From Penicillus capitatus (lineage: Eukaryota; Plantae; Chlorophyta): a stretch of 64,000 nucleotides of DNA. Positions 1 through 12,524 of this stretch are shown here, in pieces. The notes under the pieces are model-generated. The model saw nothing but the letters and a program-made list of their open reading frames with translations, ran no database searches and was not told the origin of the DNA. The stretch is taken from positions 1,178,001-1,242,000 of the forward strand of contig OZ287700.1 of NCBI GenBank assembly GCA_965649825.1, written 5' to 3'. Every line of letters starts with the position of its first letter. Position 1 is the first letter of the stretch. A program made the position numbers and the translations under genes.

Positions 1-382
1 CGTTTCAATCGGCTATAGGTATACGTCAACATGATACACAATTGTAATTGTAGACCGCGTCTATCGACATCAGGAGATAGAATCGAGCTCGATCTCTGAT
101 GTGGACACACAACTGATTAGATGGGATTGTGATCACGTTTCAAACGACGTTTTAAATAGTCGTCGATCTCCATCGGAGAATCGATCTTTGATAATCTTGA
201 TCATTAACCAATCAGAGTCTGGCGTCCGGTATTTGTTGAAGCGTTATAGATAAGAACTAAAAAAATGATCATTCGATTTTTGACATACCATTGTTAGTCG
301 TACTTATCGTGTCGATGGTGTTCGTGCTGGTGACATATTTATCGACGAGCTGCATAGACCCTGAATAATCACATCAAACGTC

Positions 383-402
383 GCGATCGATCGATCGATC
401 GC
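383..402. repeat. Perfect 20-bp palindromic (GATC)n tract GCGATCGATCGATCGATCGC
   Basis: Read directly; the tract is its own reverse complement and lies in non-coding DNA. Confidence 0.9.
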
Positions 403-1030
403 CGCATCCTATCTTATCATTCTCGATCACATGATCAATCAATTTGTAAGAACGTCACGTCAGATTCTTGAACAAAATGACTTCCTCTTAGCTTTGATTC
501 AAAGCTCTGCTTTTGACAATCTGAAAGAAATCGACAAGGAAACGAGGCCAGTCATTCTAAGATCCTTTCTTTGAAAAATGCGCGTTGCCTCAGGCGTTAG
601 TGAAAAAGACTTGATGCAACAATTGTCGAATACACTTAAAGGTCGTTGAAGTCATCCATTTCGGCGGTTGTTGTGATTATTCGTGATACTCGATCGATCA
701 TCGCGACTGTCGTGGACAGCTAGTCACCCTTCGCGCACCTGTCTGAGGAATGCTTTAAATCCTAGAACACCAACGAATAGAGAGTCTTTGTTAATCGATA
801 CGCCTTCGTCGTCATCGGTTTACAGCGTGTTTTTCGAGCGTTTCGAACGGCGGGGCTGCGACAGTGACTTTATGATCATAATAAATTGATCGTTCTGTCG
901 TAACGATTGCGAGTTAAACCCATTCATCACAAGTGTTCAGTACGATGTGTCGTCACATGACAAGCTTTTCTCAACTGATCGTAAACTCTTTACCCATCAA
1001 TTCGAAAAATAGCCCGCCAGCAACGAAGGC

Positions 1031-1581
1031 TCATGCCGTTTTCATCAACAGTTTGCTTTGTTTTTTACTCTTCAGCATCTTCTTAAGTGTCTTCACATTC
1101 GAGATCTATATTCACCTTCCGTCGCATCAAATGTTTTTAATCTATAAACTTCTCACTTTTTCAACAACCGCACTCTTCTGTCGATTCTCTTTCTTACGTT
1201 GTTCTGCGCGTTCATGTCGTTCTCTTAATTCCTAAAACCAAACGAAGAGACTTCGTCCCAGTCCATCATATGTTCCCAGCACTCACTTTTAAACGAGCTC
1301 CACGCGCTTCGCGCAGTTCCTTCTTCGCCTGTCGAAACATCTTTTTCGATTGTCGCTCCTTCTGGATCCGATCCAACGACATCGATGGACTCGAGTACTT
1401 CATCGCGCATGCTGGAGCACCGCGTTTCTTCCAACATCTCTTTGCGATCTGTGCCGATTGACACAATACACGCGATGATTCATCGACAACACAGAAGGTG
1501 GTGTACTCTTCCGCGTCCGAGGCCCTCGATTTTCGTCGATTGCCTTCCAAGTCGAACGGGTGCAGCGTCGTCGATTTCCAT
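1031..1581 (-). CDS. CGR1/CCDC86-like rRNA-processing coiled-coil protein (3 introns: 1449-1506, 1232-1286, 1106-1156)
   Basis: Splicing GT-AG introns gives MEIDD...GRIAKRCWKK...RQAKKELREARGARLKELRERHERAEQRKKENRQKSAVVEKISNVKTLKKMLKSKKQSKLLMKTA*, which fits the Cgr1 pattern (basic coiled coil ending in a K-rich KMxKKQ-like tail). The start could instead be the upstream ATG at 1731. Confidence 0.7.
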
Positions 1582-1764
1582 CGCGTCGTTCGTTTTTTCA
1601 ATCGCGACGAATTTGTTTTCGTTTTTGACTTTGTATCCGCGAGGTCCATAGGCAACGGCACGAAAATCGATCCGTTCTGTCTTCTTGACCTGAGCCGGCA
1701 CCCAGTCATCATCGAACGGACATGTCGACATTGTTCCGAACGGACCAATCGTTGTTCGCCTTCG

Positions 1765-2213
1765 ATGGATGCCTTGAAACAAATCGTCGTCACGTTTTGT
1801 CAAGAGTATGATCGAACGCCGACGAAACTCAAAGTAATGGGCTCTTGCAACAACCAAAATCTCTCCTAAGAGGGGCACCTCTGTTTAGCTTATCGATGGC
1901 TTCATTCTCTACACTCTTGCAACAGCAAGCGTACAGGTAACAAACATCACAGCAAGGCTCAAATGTGTGACGGTGGTGTTGTTTGATGTGACCACAGTTT
2001 GCTTATATGCTTTTCGCGGGGTCCTTTCCTTTTAACGCGTTCCTCTCTGGATTGCTCTGCTGTTTGGGGATGTTCGTTTTTACGGTATGTCTTCGCATGC
2101 AAACCAATCCGGAGAATCGAGACGAGTTTGAGTTCTCGACGGAAAGAGCATTTGGAGATTATTGCTTTGCCTCACTGACACTGTTTCTCATCGCATGGAA
2201 TTTTATGGGATAG
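1765..2213 (+). CDS. DAD1: Oligosaccharyltransferase subunit DAD1/OST2 (introns 1834-1888, 1937-1997)
   Basis: Spliced product MDALKQ...RTPTKLKLIDGFILYTLATASVQFAYMLFAGSFPFNAFLSG...ERAFGDYCFASLTLFLIAWNFMG* has the DAD1 motifs GSFPFN and ERAFxD and the C-terminal NFxG. Confidence 0.96.
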
Positions 2214-2228
2214 AGAAAGTGACACTCC

Positions 2229-2233
2229 TGTAA
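2229..2233 (+). terminator. Chlorophyte-type poly(A) signal TGTAA downstream of DAD1
   Basis: TGTAA lies 15 nt after the DAD1 stop; UGUAA is the established chlorophyte polyadenylation signal. Confidence 0.6.
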
Positions 2234-2266
2234 CGAGAACCTTCTACGCCTATCACTGCCTGTGAA

Positions 2267-4721
2267 TCACGACTGAGATGCGACGGATTGTCGTTTGTTT
2301 GCACGATGCTGTTGCAGCCACTGCATGACTCTGTTAAATGTGTTCTTCGTTCGTTGGCTTTCTCTCTCCTGTCGGTGAAGCTGAAGCCATGCCGTGAAGA
2401 GACGGCGGATTCTTAGTTGATGGAGATGGTGTAAGGCCTTAAGCACCATCTGCGATTCATGTTCCTCTCGAAGAGCGATCTGCCGTTCGGAATAAGTACA
2501 GAGAGAGATGTGATTCTGATGACCTTGTCTTTTGCAGATGTCTTCCACAACAGAATGACTTGTTGAAGCTGTCGTGTCTTTCCGATTCTGTGTGCGATTT
2601 GACGACGATCATTTGCTTGTCTCAAGTACACGGCCCAGCACGACAGAAACTGATGTTTGAGGGAGATTTTTCGGTAACGTTCGGCAGATGCCACATCAAG
2701 CCACCTTTTGATCACGGGCAGCAAGAATCGCTTCTGTTAAAGAAGATATCGTGACGGAAGAAATCCAGGTGAGGAAGAGATTTACCGTGTTGTGTGCACG
2801 TGCTTTCTGATAGAGATCGATCTCTCTGACGATGCCTTTCCATTTGTATGGGAGCATGTGGAGTTTCCATTCCAATAATGCACTTTTCTGAAGGCGCCTT
2901 TTCCGAAACAGGATCCCTTTTTGATCCTGCGCCTCTCTGTCGTTGAGCACCGTCCGCCATTGTTTCCATTTTGATCTAATGAGGTCACCGGAAGCTTCTT
3001 CCAATGAGAAGCTGATGTGACCTTTGCAAGGATCGGTGATAGTGCATGACGGCCAAGTCACTTAATTTTGTGACGAGTTTTCTTTCGATGCTCAGAATAG
3101 AGCACGGAGTAATTGATGCTCTCTTGACCGAAGGAGACCATCGAGCAATGGAACCCGAGGTACTCGACGAAACTACATGAGGCGTTTTTGTTTTGGGAGA
3201 GACTGGATGTAATTCATCGCTCTTGGCATTTCTCCGAATCTCATTCGACAGATTCTGAGGTGAATTATTGGGGAGGCTCGAAGAGACAGCACGATCCGAA
3301 CAGACGTCCACATGGATGTCATTCGATGCCACACACTGTGAAAAAGGCTTCTCCATAGATGTCGCACATTTGGTTGATAGGATGCCAGATTTCGCAGTGG
3401 GAAAATGTTCGCTGGCATGACAAGAGGCATCGACACTGATTTTTTCTTCTTTGAAAATATCACTCCTTTGCGAGGTAACACCCTGTATGCCCTTTAAGTT
3501 ACTATGTCTAGGTCAGACGACAGGCAGTTGTACCTGCTGCAGTCGATGTGCGATTTTTTGATGCAGGAGTGATTTTCGAGCATCCAGTTTTCTGAATGCT
3601 GCTGTCGCCGAGGCAACATTCCTCCAATGAACGAGCGTCCACCGCAGCAGATAAAGCGTCCTATATCTCGCGGCAGTCGTTGCTTTCATCATCTCCTGTC
3701 ATGACACTCTAATCTGGCAACTGTTGGTTAATCGTCAGCAGCACACTTCTTGCATATGCATTTCATTTAATCTCTGTGTCTCCCTTTGCTGTTCGAGGGC
3801 TTTAATCCATGCTCGAAATGAACTCTGTAATAAGTACAGCGAACGAAATCGTTCTGCCGTTCTGTGATATCGCTCTTTCTTTTCTTGCTCTTTCAGTGAT
3901 TCGAAGGTTGTTTGCTGCTCGGATACGTTAATTGCCATGCTCCACCGATGGATTGCCATGCGCATGCTGTATTGTAAACGAATAAGGTCTTCTTTTTGCC
4001 AGTGAAAGTCGCAAACATGTGCTTACCGCGAATCGATGTCAAACCGTGAAGCAATGGCGTTTTGCTGTTCGCTCTCTGATCGAATCTTCCTCCAGACTTT
4101 GAAAACGTCCGAGATTCTGATGAAAGTGCAGTTTGGTACAGAGGGTCCCGGAACATCCAGTTCTGTGTTTTCGATTTGATCGATCGGTGCCTGATCGCTC
4201 TCGATCGACAAAGAGCTAGCAGAAAGAGCCTCTTCCGTCTGTGATCGAAACTCGGAATATCGATTCGTTGTTTCAAATCCGATAGTGTCTGTTTTCGATA
4301 CGTACAAAGCGCGATTCGATCGATAACGATCTAGGAGTTCATCGTCGATGCTATTTTCGATGTCGATACGTTCGATGAAAGACAAGTGCTCGTCGATCTC
4401 GCGACAAGCGTTTTCGTATTCGGCGGTACTCCAGATATCTTCGATCACTTTGTCCACTTTTCTATCGATGTCCGTCACAGACTCTACGTCGATAGCATGT
4501 GTCGATCGATTCGAAAGGACGGGATTCGAGAAAGTATCGTCTCTTATCCATCGATCCGAGAAGTACCAATCCGATTGACTTTCCGATTGACTTTCGGCGC
4601 GATTCCATGTTTCATCGTCAATTCGCAATTCTTTACGCCGTTGTTTATCGGTGAGTGATATCTCTGCGTTGACTCCGTCCATTAGATCGTCGATGCCGCG
4701 ACGATCGTCATATCTCGCCAT
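2267..4721 (-). CDS. Sfi1-like centrin-binding repeat protein (about 6 introns)
   Basis: Exons join in frame through GT-AG introns. Periodic Trp-containing helical repeats (RLFTAWLQ, FLSCWAVY, LLQSSFRAWIK, RSKWKQWR, SALLEWKL, TLVHWRN) are typical of Sfi1 repeats. The N-terminal exon is acidic and low-complexity; the start is uncertain. Confidence 0.7.
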
Positions 4722-5066
4722 CCTGCTGCGATGACGTGTGAGATCGTAAAATCATCTATCTGTTTGTTAAGACAGCAACGGCACAATGGCATTTCGATCG
4801 AAGTATCCTCGGCCGAGTAAAACGCTCACCAATCAGTCGGTCGATCCTCTTTCGCGTCTCGCCTATATTCCTGTTCTGCAAAAAAGTGAAGCCGTTCGCT
4901 ATTTTTGTCGGTCGATTTTTATCACTATCATCGCTGTACGAGGATCGAATGCGTGATAAGACTTGATGGCCGGTTGATCGGAAACGAACGTAGCGCAACG
5001 ACGGCAATCATTACTCCATCTGTTTCTTTCACCCATCGTAAAATCTCATTCGTCGCGCGCATTTGT

Positions 5067-7724
5067 TTATGCGCCATGTTCTTCATTCGTTCCTGTGATG
5101 ATATTCTCGAAACTGGCTCCTCCAGGAATCATAGGCAACACGTGTTCGATATGCGGTACCATCACATCCAATAGATACGGTCCAGGCGTATCTAACATCT
5201 TCCGAATGGCTCCTCTCAACTCCTTAGGATCGATCACTCTTGCTGCTGGTATGTTGAACGATTGCGACATCGTCACAAAATCCGGATAAATATCATCGAT
5301 AGAATGCGTATCGTGGAAAGCGGCATCCCTCTTGCCCAAGTAGGTATGACCGCGATTACTCTATGAAAAGACACAAGCCTTTGGTGCAACAACGAATGTC
5401 AACTAAGTACCTCATAGAATCTGTCTTCCCATTGCACCACCATTCCCAGGTGCTGATTGTTTAGGATGAGGACCTTGAGATTGAATTTTTCAATGTAAGC
5501 CACGGCCATCTCTTGAACATTCATCAAGAAGGAGCCATCTCCGTCGATGTCTACAACGACTTTGTTCTCGCGGCCATTCTTTCCATCGAAAGCGGCTGCT
5601 GCGCCCAGGGCAGAGGGCAATCCAAAACCCATGGCGCCCAATCCACCAGACGTCACCCACCGTCGAGGCTTAGTAAACCCGTAATGCTGAGCAGCCCACA
5701 TCTGATGCTGACCCACACCCGTCGTGATAATAGCATCTCCATTTGTCTCTTCATAGAGCATCTAACAGAGCACATCTATCGCACACATTCGCTTACTGAC
5801 GCCTCACTTGGATCGCCATCTGCGGCAAAATAACACCCTCTTCTTCAGGGAATGTGAGAGGGAATTGCTTCTTCTGCTCTTTCAGTTCCTCTCTCCAGCT
5901 TTGGAACTGCTGTGCACTGATCGATTGATCTTTAATCATAGAATTAAGCATTTGCAATGCGGGCTTAGCGTCTGCACACACTGGAATGTGTGCATGCTTG
6001 TTTTTGTGAATCTCTGCTGGATCCACATCTATGTGAACAATCCTTGCATGCGCTGCAAAGCTCTCCAGTTTCCCCGTCACACGATCATCAAACCGTACAC
6101 CCACAGCCAATAGAAGATCTGAATGGTGGACGGAATAGTTCGCATAGACAGTCCCATGCATGCCCAGCATCTTAAGCGAAAGATCATCTTGGAGTGGATA
6201 AACACCCAGTCCCATCAAAGTCTGGGCAACAGGAATGCCAGTCAACGACACCAGCTCACGTAGCTCTTCATATGCATTCAAGCATCCTCCTCCACAATAG
6301 ATCACCTGTGGCATTCCTGTATCGATTGCAGATTTGTAAAAGACATGTTACCGGTTTCTTAGATTGCTGAATGGCCTTGAGGATTTTCTTGATAGATCCT
6401 GGACGTGGCGGCTGCGGCAAACGGCTCATGTATCCTAACACACTACCATCACTCATAGAATTGGTCAAAGCTTATAACCACGCCTGAGATACGCATGCTG
6501 CTGAGCCAGTCTGGAACAGCCATGGATTGCTGGATATCTTTCGGCACATCGATGAGTACGGGTCCTGGTCTTCCTGTCACATCAATATCTCATCTTTATT
6601 TCCTCGGCAACGTCCCCTCTTACCTGTGCTTGCTATGTAGAACGCTTCTTTAACGATTCTGGGAATATCATTGACATCCTTGACCAGGTAATTATGCTTT
6701 GTGATTTGACGGGAGACCTCGACAATCGGTGTCTCCTGAAACGCATCTGACCCAATGAAGCGTCTGGGTACCTTTGTTGCATACATCGCATGAGAATGGC
6801 CTTTTGGCAGGACCTCCTCACCTGTCCAGTAATGGCTACGATGGGCACACTGTCCAATAGCGCATCAGCCAATCCCGTTACCAAATTTGTGGCACCTGAA
6901 CAGCAATCCACATCTCCTGCCACTCTCCACAGACAAGACCTGGTCCAGAAGTGGCAATACAGACACCGACTCTTCCAGTAACCTTTGCATAGCCTTCAGC
7001 TGCAAAGATCTCTCCCTGAGACACACCCATTCCCGCACACATTCCAATGTGGAGCATGGATCGATGTGACAGACCTGTTCGTGACGGCACAGGACGTTAC
7101 GAATGCCATTGCTGCGTGTCAGAGCTTGATGAATCTCCATCGAGGCCCCTCCGGGGTAAGCAAAAACGGTGTCGACTCCTATTTCCTCGCTCTCAATATC
7201 ATCGATCTATTTTGAGCGACAGGGACCTTCTCTTTCCAAACTCTGTATGAGGATGTCGCATCCTTTCCGTTCTTTGTCTCCATAGCGATCGACCCATTCC
7301 TTAGCATCCTCGCCGTGCAGTGCAGCCTGGGCTGCCTCTTTGGCACGTTGCAACTATTTGTGCAGCACAGGGTCATGGGCAAACATTCGATTCATTAAGA
7401 TTTCCACCTCCGCTTTCATCGCTCCCTTTTTCTCCTCCGTTAGTTTAGCACGGACAGCGATCGCTCCATTGTTTCTTCTCCAGCGACCCCTTCACAGCAA
7501 CGGGCGATCGAGGAGACATGAGATTCGTTGCTTACGAAGCGGAGCGTGTCAGTTTCGGCCGGCGACCCAAGAACCGACAATAGCGCTACACAGGATTGGC
7601 CGTATTCCAGTCGATGTTGAGGCACAAAGGCATCTCGCTTGTTCGTTCGTGTACATACCTTTGATGTCAGTCCTCTATTCGGAGCCGTGGCAATCGGCAT
7701 TGCGATCGAGGATGGACCACCCAT
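5067..7724 (-). CDS. ALS: Acetolactate synthase large subunit, plastid-targeted (12 introns, one GC-AG)
   Basis: Motifs [67 protein letters not shown] (TPP-binding), [10 protein letters not shown] and HVLPMIPGG; Arg/Ser-rich transit peptide. Confidence 0.97.
6435..6483 (-). other. GC-AG intron in ALS (TCAG|GCGTGG...GTGTTAG|GA)
   Basis: Only this junction restores [14 protein letters not shown]; the nearby GT donor is in the wrong phase and produces a stop. Confidence 0.85.
6574..6584 (-). repeat. Intron-terminal motif TGATGTGACAG (ALS intron 3' end)
   Basis: The identical 11-mer ends introns at 11545-11555 (-), 26236-26246 (+), 31567-31577 (+) and 37238-37248 (-). Confidence 0.9.
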
Positions 7725-7905
7725 CACGACCCACGTCTCCTTGGCGACAAAACGACGGATTCTATCCTCGATGCGAAGCAATCAAATTTCGCGTTTTTGT
7801 CGATTTCGCGATCGACGTTCTCAACACTTTTCTGTTTGTGCGCTGCGTCTGTGTGTCTCTCTCTCCGTTGTAAATTTTCTTGGCGTTGCGACGTCACGTT
7901 TGTTC

Positions 7906-10058
7906 ATGTTTCGCGTTGGAGAACGTCTTCCAGGGGACAAAGATGCGCGACATAAGTCGAGAAGGAAGGCCACTCGCGTCAACGCCACAGAACACGTACC
8001 TCACCCGACGGGCATCTTCCCGAACCCGTCAACGTTCCAGAATTTTGGAACGAAGGAAGCCGACGCTCTTGCTGACGCGTTGAGAAGACTCTCGACGGAA
8101 GGACAGCCGACTCGATATCAAACAAGGCGTCGTCGAGCCTTACGCTCTCGTCGACAAGGTCCGCCACACAATCCCGATACAAAAGTGTGAGAAGTGTGAT
8201 GTCCTTAGCATCATGGGTATCGAGGGTACAAAGATGGGATCCGGATGAGAGTGGGGAACTGAGAGAACGCGTGTTCTTTGCCGAAGGGAAAAATGGAAGA
8301 GGCCATATAAAGCGACGACAGCGAATGGTCAGGAGACAGAGCAAAAACAATGAGGCCTCTGCAGAGAATATGTTTTACTTTGAAGACTCGCCCGACAGGC
8401 GAAAACCGACGAGAAATGAAAATCGCGCCGATCTGTCCACGTCTACGGCCACTCAGATGTTGCAAGAGTACATTCAACGTTCCGAGAAGCTAAAGACAGA
8501 AGGCAATGAGGCATTGCGTCGTGGGGATTATGCCAAAGCAGAGAAGCTGTACTCAGAAGGGTTGCGATGCGTTATGGGGAATCGAGTGGAATGCCGCCAG
8601 CTCGTTTCGGCATTGCTGACCAATCGAGCAGCGGCCTATATGCATCAGTTCAATATTCCGCAGGCGATTATCGATTGCCGCGAGGCATGGAAGATCTGTC
8701 CGAAGCATATACGTGCTTACACAAGGGCTGCTACCTGTTACGTCCGACACGGACAATTCCAAAAATCAAAATCGATACTGGAAAGGGCACTGCAGATGCT
8801 CAATGCCTCCGATCCGCAATTCCGAACGATTCAGGAACAGATGCGTCTCACTCTCCGACTCAAGCAGCAAACGGAAGAAGTGAGCGCTCGTTGTGCGGAG
8901 GGAGATGTCGATGACGATCTGCTGAAGACACTAGAAGACCTCTCTGACCATATGCAGTGCTGTGAAAAAGTCTGGAAATTGGAGGCGCTGACATGTCTCC
9001 AATCTAATAAGTTTACCAAACTGGACAACGTTTTCCAGCGTGTTCAAGATCTCTTTCATGTTCAAGAGACGACAGATGCGAACCTGCATTGCTGGTGGCA
9101 GTGGATGCGAATGGAATCGCTGTGGTGGAATCCCCAACACGCACTCGATGCTGTGCTCCAACAAATTCAGCAAGTGCTCGAATCGATGCAATCTCGATCT
9201 CTGACAGAGTTGGAGACCACTCCACAGACAGAGGCTCTAACACAATCGGTGTTGCAATGCCTCATGAACCAAACGCGTTTGGCCAATGTGAAGAAGGATG
9301 CTGGGAATCAAGCAATGGCCCAAAGAAACTATGATCAAGCCTATAAACGCTATTCTGAGGCCATTGTCTGCTGTGAAACGGCAGGCAGTCCTGCGACTTT
9401 TCTTTCTGTGCTTTACTGCAATAGAGGCGCAGCGCTGCATGGCTCTGGGTGTTACATCGAAGCCATGGGAGACGTCTGCATTGCCATAAGCCTTTATCCC
9501 CACTACGCCAAAGCGTATTTAAGACTTGCCCAGATGCATGTCGAGACATTCAATGCCGCAGCAGCTGGAGAGATTCTGAATGCCTGTCAGGCTCAATGTG
9601 TTCAGCTGTCGGCACAGGACAGTGCAAGTGTCTGTTCCCTCAGATCGACCATCAGCCGCCTGGAAAGAGCATCGCACAAACTGGATGCCTACAAACTCAT
9701 GGGCCTGTCGAGACACTGTCAGAATTCGGCCGTCAAGAAAGCCTTCAAGAAACTCGCTCTGAGGTTACATCCAGACAAGGCCGCCCATGCCGTGAAGCTG
9801 AACCTGAGCTGGATGAAAGAGAAGCCGCCTTTTGTCAAGGCTGCCGAAAAGCACATCCGCGATGCATTGCATGATCACATGCAGCAGCTCTTCAAGCTCT
9901 TGAATGGTGCCAATTCTGCCCTGAGTGATCCTCTTTTGCGTGGAAAGCTCGATCAAGACCTGCACCGTACGGAAGGCGCCTCGCATTTCCACCCCAACCA
10001 TTCTCCCTCCTACCGTCCCTACCCTTCTGGACCTTACGCTTACTATCATGGTTACTAA
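7906..10058 (+). CDS. TPR-repeat and C-terminal J-domain co-chaperone (DNAJC7/TPR2-like); one intron at about 8188-8234
   Basis: TPR motifs (LKTEGNEALRRGDYAKAEKLYSEG, NRAAAYM, KDAGNQAMAQRNYDQA, YCNRGAAL) and a J-domain with RLHPDK; upstream exon joined via a GTGAGA...AAAG intron. Confidence 0.9.
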
Positions 10059-10156
10059 ATTGAAAGAATGCCTTCTTATGCAATAAGGGAACGACAATTT
10101 TTGTCAGCCGTTGAAAGGACCGTCTGCATTGTCTGAACAACAAAGGTAACTAACTA

Positions 10157-12403
10157 CTAGAATCGCGTCGATGATATTTCCTCCGATGCCTTATTGAGAA
10201 GCTTGAGTCTTTGAAGGCACTGGGCACGACGCCGTGTGACATCTGGATCTTCATGCAACAAACGAGAGAGCTCCTCTTCGTCTTTTGATGCGACCTCTTC
10301 TTGCAAGGAATCCAATATATTATCTTTGGCCTTCATCACCTGCACATAATATTCTTTGACTGAACCTGTCATTTCATATTATGCGCGTTTTGGACTTGAG
10401 AATGGACAATGGCTTTCGGGATGGTGTTGAGGAGCTGACGCCGAACGAAGTTAAGATAGGCCGACACCTGTGAAGCTATTTTCTTCAAATAGACGGCGCC
10501 TGTCACACCATCTGTATTCTCAGAATCGATATCCCTCCCCGAAAGCGTCCTGAATTCTCTCAAAGCGATCCTCGCTTCTTGACTGGTGCCTGAACGGCCC
10601 TGAAGTTCGATGATGTGACGGAAGATGTTCGCCGAGAAGTAAGAGGCCTCCATTTCTACCAGCGTCTTCACAATGTCACGCGAGTCATTCTTCAATGACT
10701 CCAGTCTTGTCACGGCGGCGTTTGTGATCTCTGTGCTCAACGTGCCATACTTTGACAGCATTCTGCAGAGCTCTGTCTTCATCGCGAGTTCAATGGTCTC
10801 GAGCAGAATGCGATGAACCTCTTCCACGGCTGACTGTGCTGGATCTTTCATAAGCTTCAGGCCAGCTTCCAGCAAACGACGATAACCCATTTCAGGTGCA
10901 ATTAAATGTGGACGAATGCCATCGGCTTGGCTAACGATACGGCGGACGTTGTCGATGTTGAGTACCTGCTCGAACGGTAACTGATGCAGCTCGCCATGAA
11001 GCTTCTGTTCGAAGACTTCGAGGATGCGCTCGCCGCCGCCCTTACCACGATCGATCATCTCTGTGTAAGATGTCTCAAACTCACGGCAGCGCTTCAGAAT
11101 GAAGTGAACCATCTTGCCACGAGAATCCATAACAGAGCTGCCCAACACGGCCAACTCCTTCTCGATATTCAGGATACTGCAGAACACACAGGGAACCGTA
11201 GGTCAGCACAGAGCGAGGGCGTTAGGGATACGGACTCTTGCTTAATGGATGTCTGCAGGCCAGGCAGGGCCCGTCGAACTTCATGCAGTAGTCGATCGCT
11301 GAGTTTTTGTGACAGAAAGGCGGTTCCCACATTTGGCAAATCTGAATAGTCGGCAGAGCTTTTGAAAAATTCTTCTTCCCTTGCTCGGGCGGACTGCATG
11401 TTCATCTTGGAGTTGATGTCTTTCTGCCCTCGGTTCACGACACCCACCCATCCGTTCCTCAATCTCAGCTGCTTCGACTGCAGGATGTCACGGACACTCG
11501 TTCCTGGGTCCATAATGTCGATCTTGGTGAGCACACCGATTGTCCTGTCACATCACTGAGATAGGCAGAGATCATTAAAGATCGGATCGCAGCAGCACCG
11601 TTCTCCGTTTGGATCAACGTCCCTCGCCATGCGCAGGGCATCAGAGGTGGCCAAATCTGCATTGGCAGGTGAGACGGCAAGGATGATGGCGTTTTCTCCC
11701 TTGATGTAATGACGGACCATATCGTCGATTTCTTTGACGATGGATCTTGGTTGACCATCGATGGGGACTTTCGTCAATCCTGTTCCATACATGACAAATG
11801 ATCATTTATAATCGCATGTTTCGCAGGGACATCAGCTGCTTACCTGGCATATCTACAAGCGTCAGATGCGGAACGTGAGGAGAAGTGACAGTTAAGAAAA
11901 TCGGCTCGGGCGATACAGCTTTGTGTGATAGATTTCCCAAATGCCGAACAGTTTCATCTTCGATTTCCTGGCGAATTTGATCTGCACACGATCACCAGAC
12001 CTCACTCTATCGTACGGTCACACTTTTCACCCTCTTACCGAAATCTGTGTAGCGGCGGCCCTTGGCATGCATAAATTCGCCAGCCTCATCTGCGTCTGGA
12101 TCGTCCAGGTGAATCAGGTTGAGGACGAGTGGTCGACGCGTCACGATTCCTGTCCCTCGTGGCAGAAAATCGCGTCCCACGACAGCCTCCAATACAGAAC
12201 TCTTTCCGGAACTCTAGACACAAATGTGTGACGCATCGTCGAGAGAAAGAGTGAGGAATGTCTCTCACTTGGCCACCAATGACGACGATGCTTGGCAAAC
12301 GGTCCCATAGACTGGGAAACGATGAGTTCTGTCCTCCAATGCCATCGCCGAGAACGGCAGCAGCGTTTTGCAAACGCGTGACGAGGGAGATAACATTATC
12401 CAT
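10157..12403 (-). CDS. DRP1: Dynamin-related protein, DRP1/phragmoplastin-type (6 introns)
   Basis: GTPase motifs [30 protein letters not shown] and TKID; middle domain; C-terminal GED ([15 protein letters not shown]); no PH or PRD domain. Confidence 0.93.
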
Positions 12404-12524
12404 TTCGCGAAAGCGCAATACTCAACAAACACGACACAATACGCGAAACTCAAATTCGAAAGTGAATGAATATACGCACACGGAGCGACAGTGTTGATTA
12501 TTATACGGTGCCTTGAGGGAGTTG

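Noticed and set aside
460-660. Protein-like broken frame (QNDFLLALIQSSAFDNLKEIDKETRP...)
   Set aside because: It has an internal stop, no splice support and no recognisable family, so it is too weak to call a pseudogene or TE.
5120-5145. ALS Gly at the position equivalent to Arabidopsis S653 as a herbicide-resistance allele
   Set aside because: Gly at this position is, to my knowledge, the natural residue in yeast and chlorophyte ALS; the other resistance positions (A122, P197, A205, D376, W574) are wild type.
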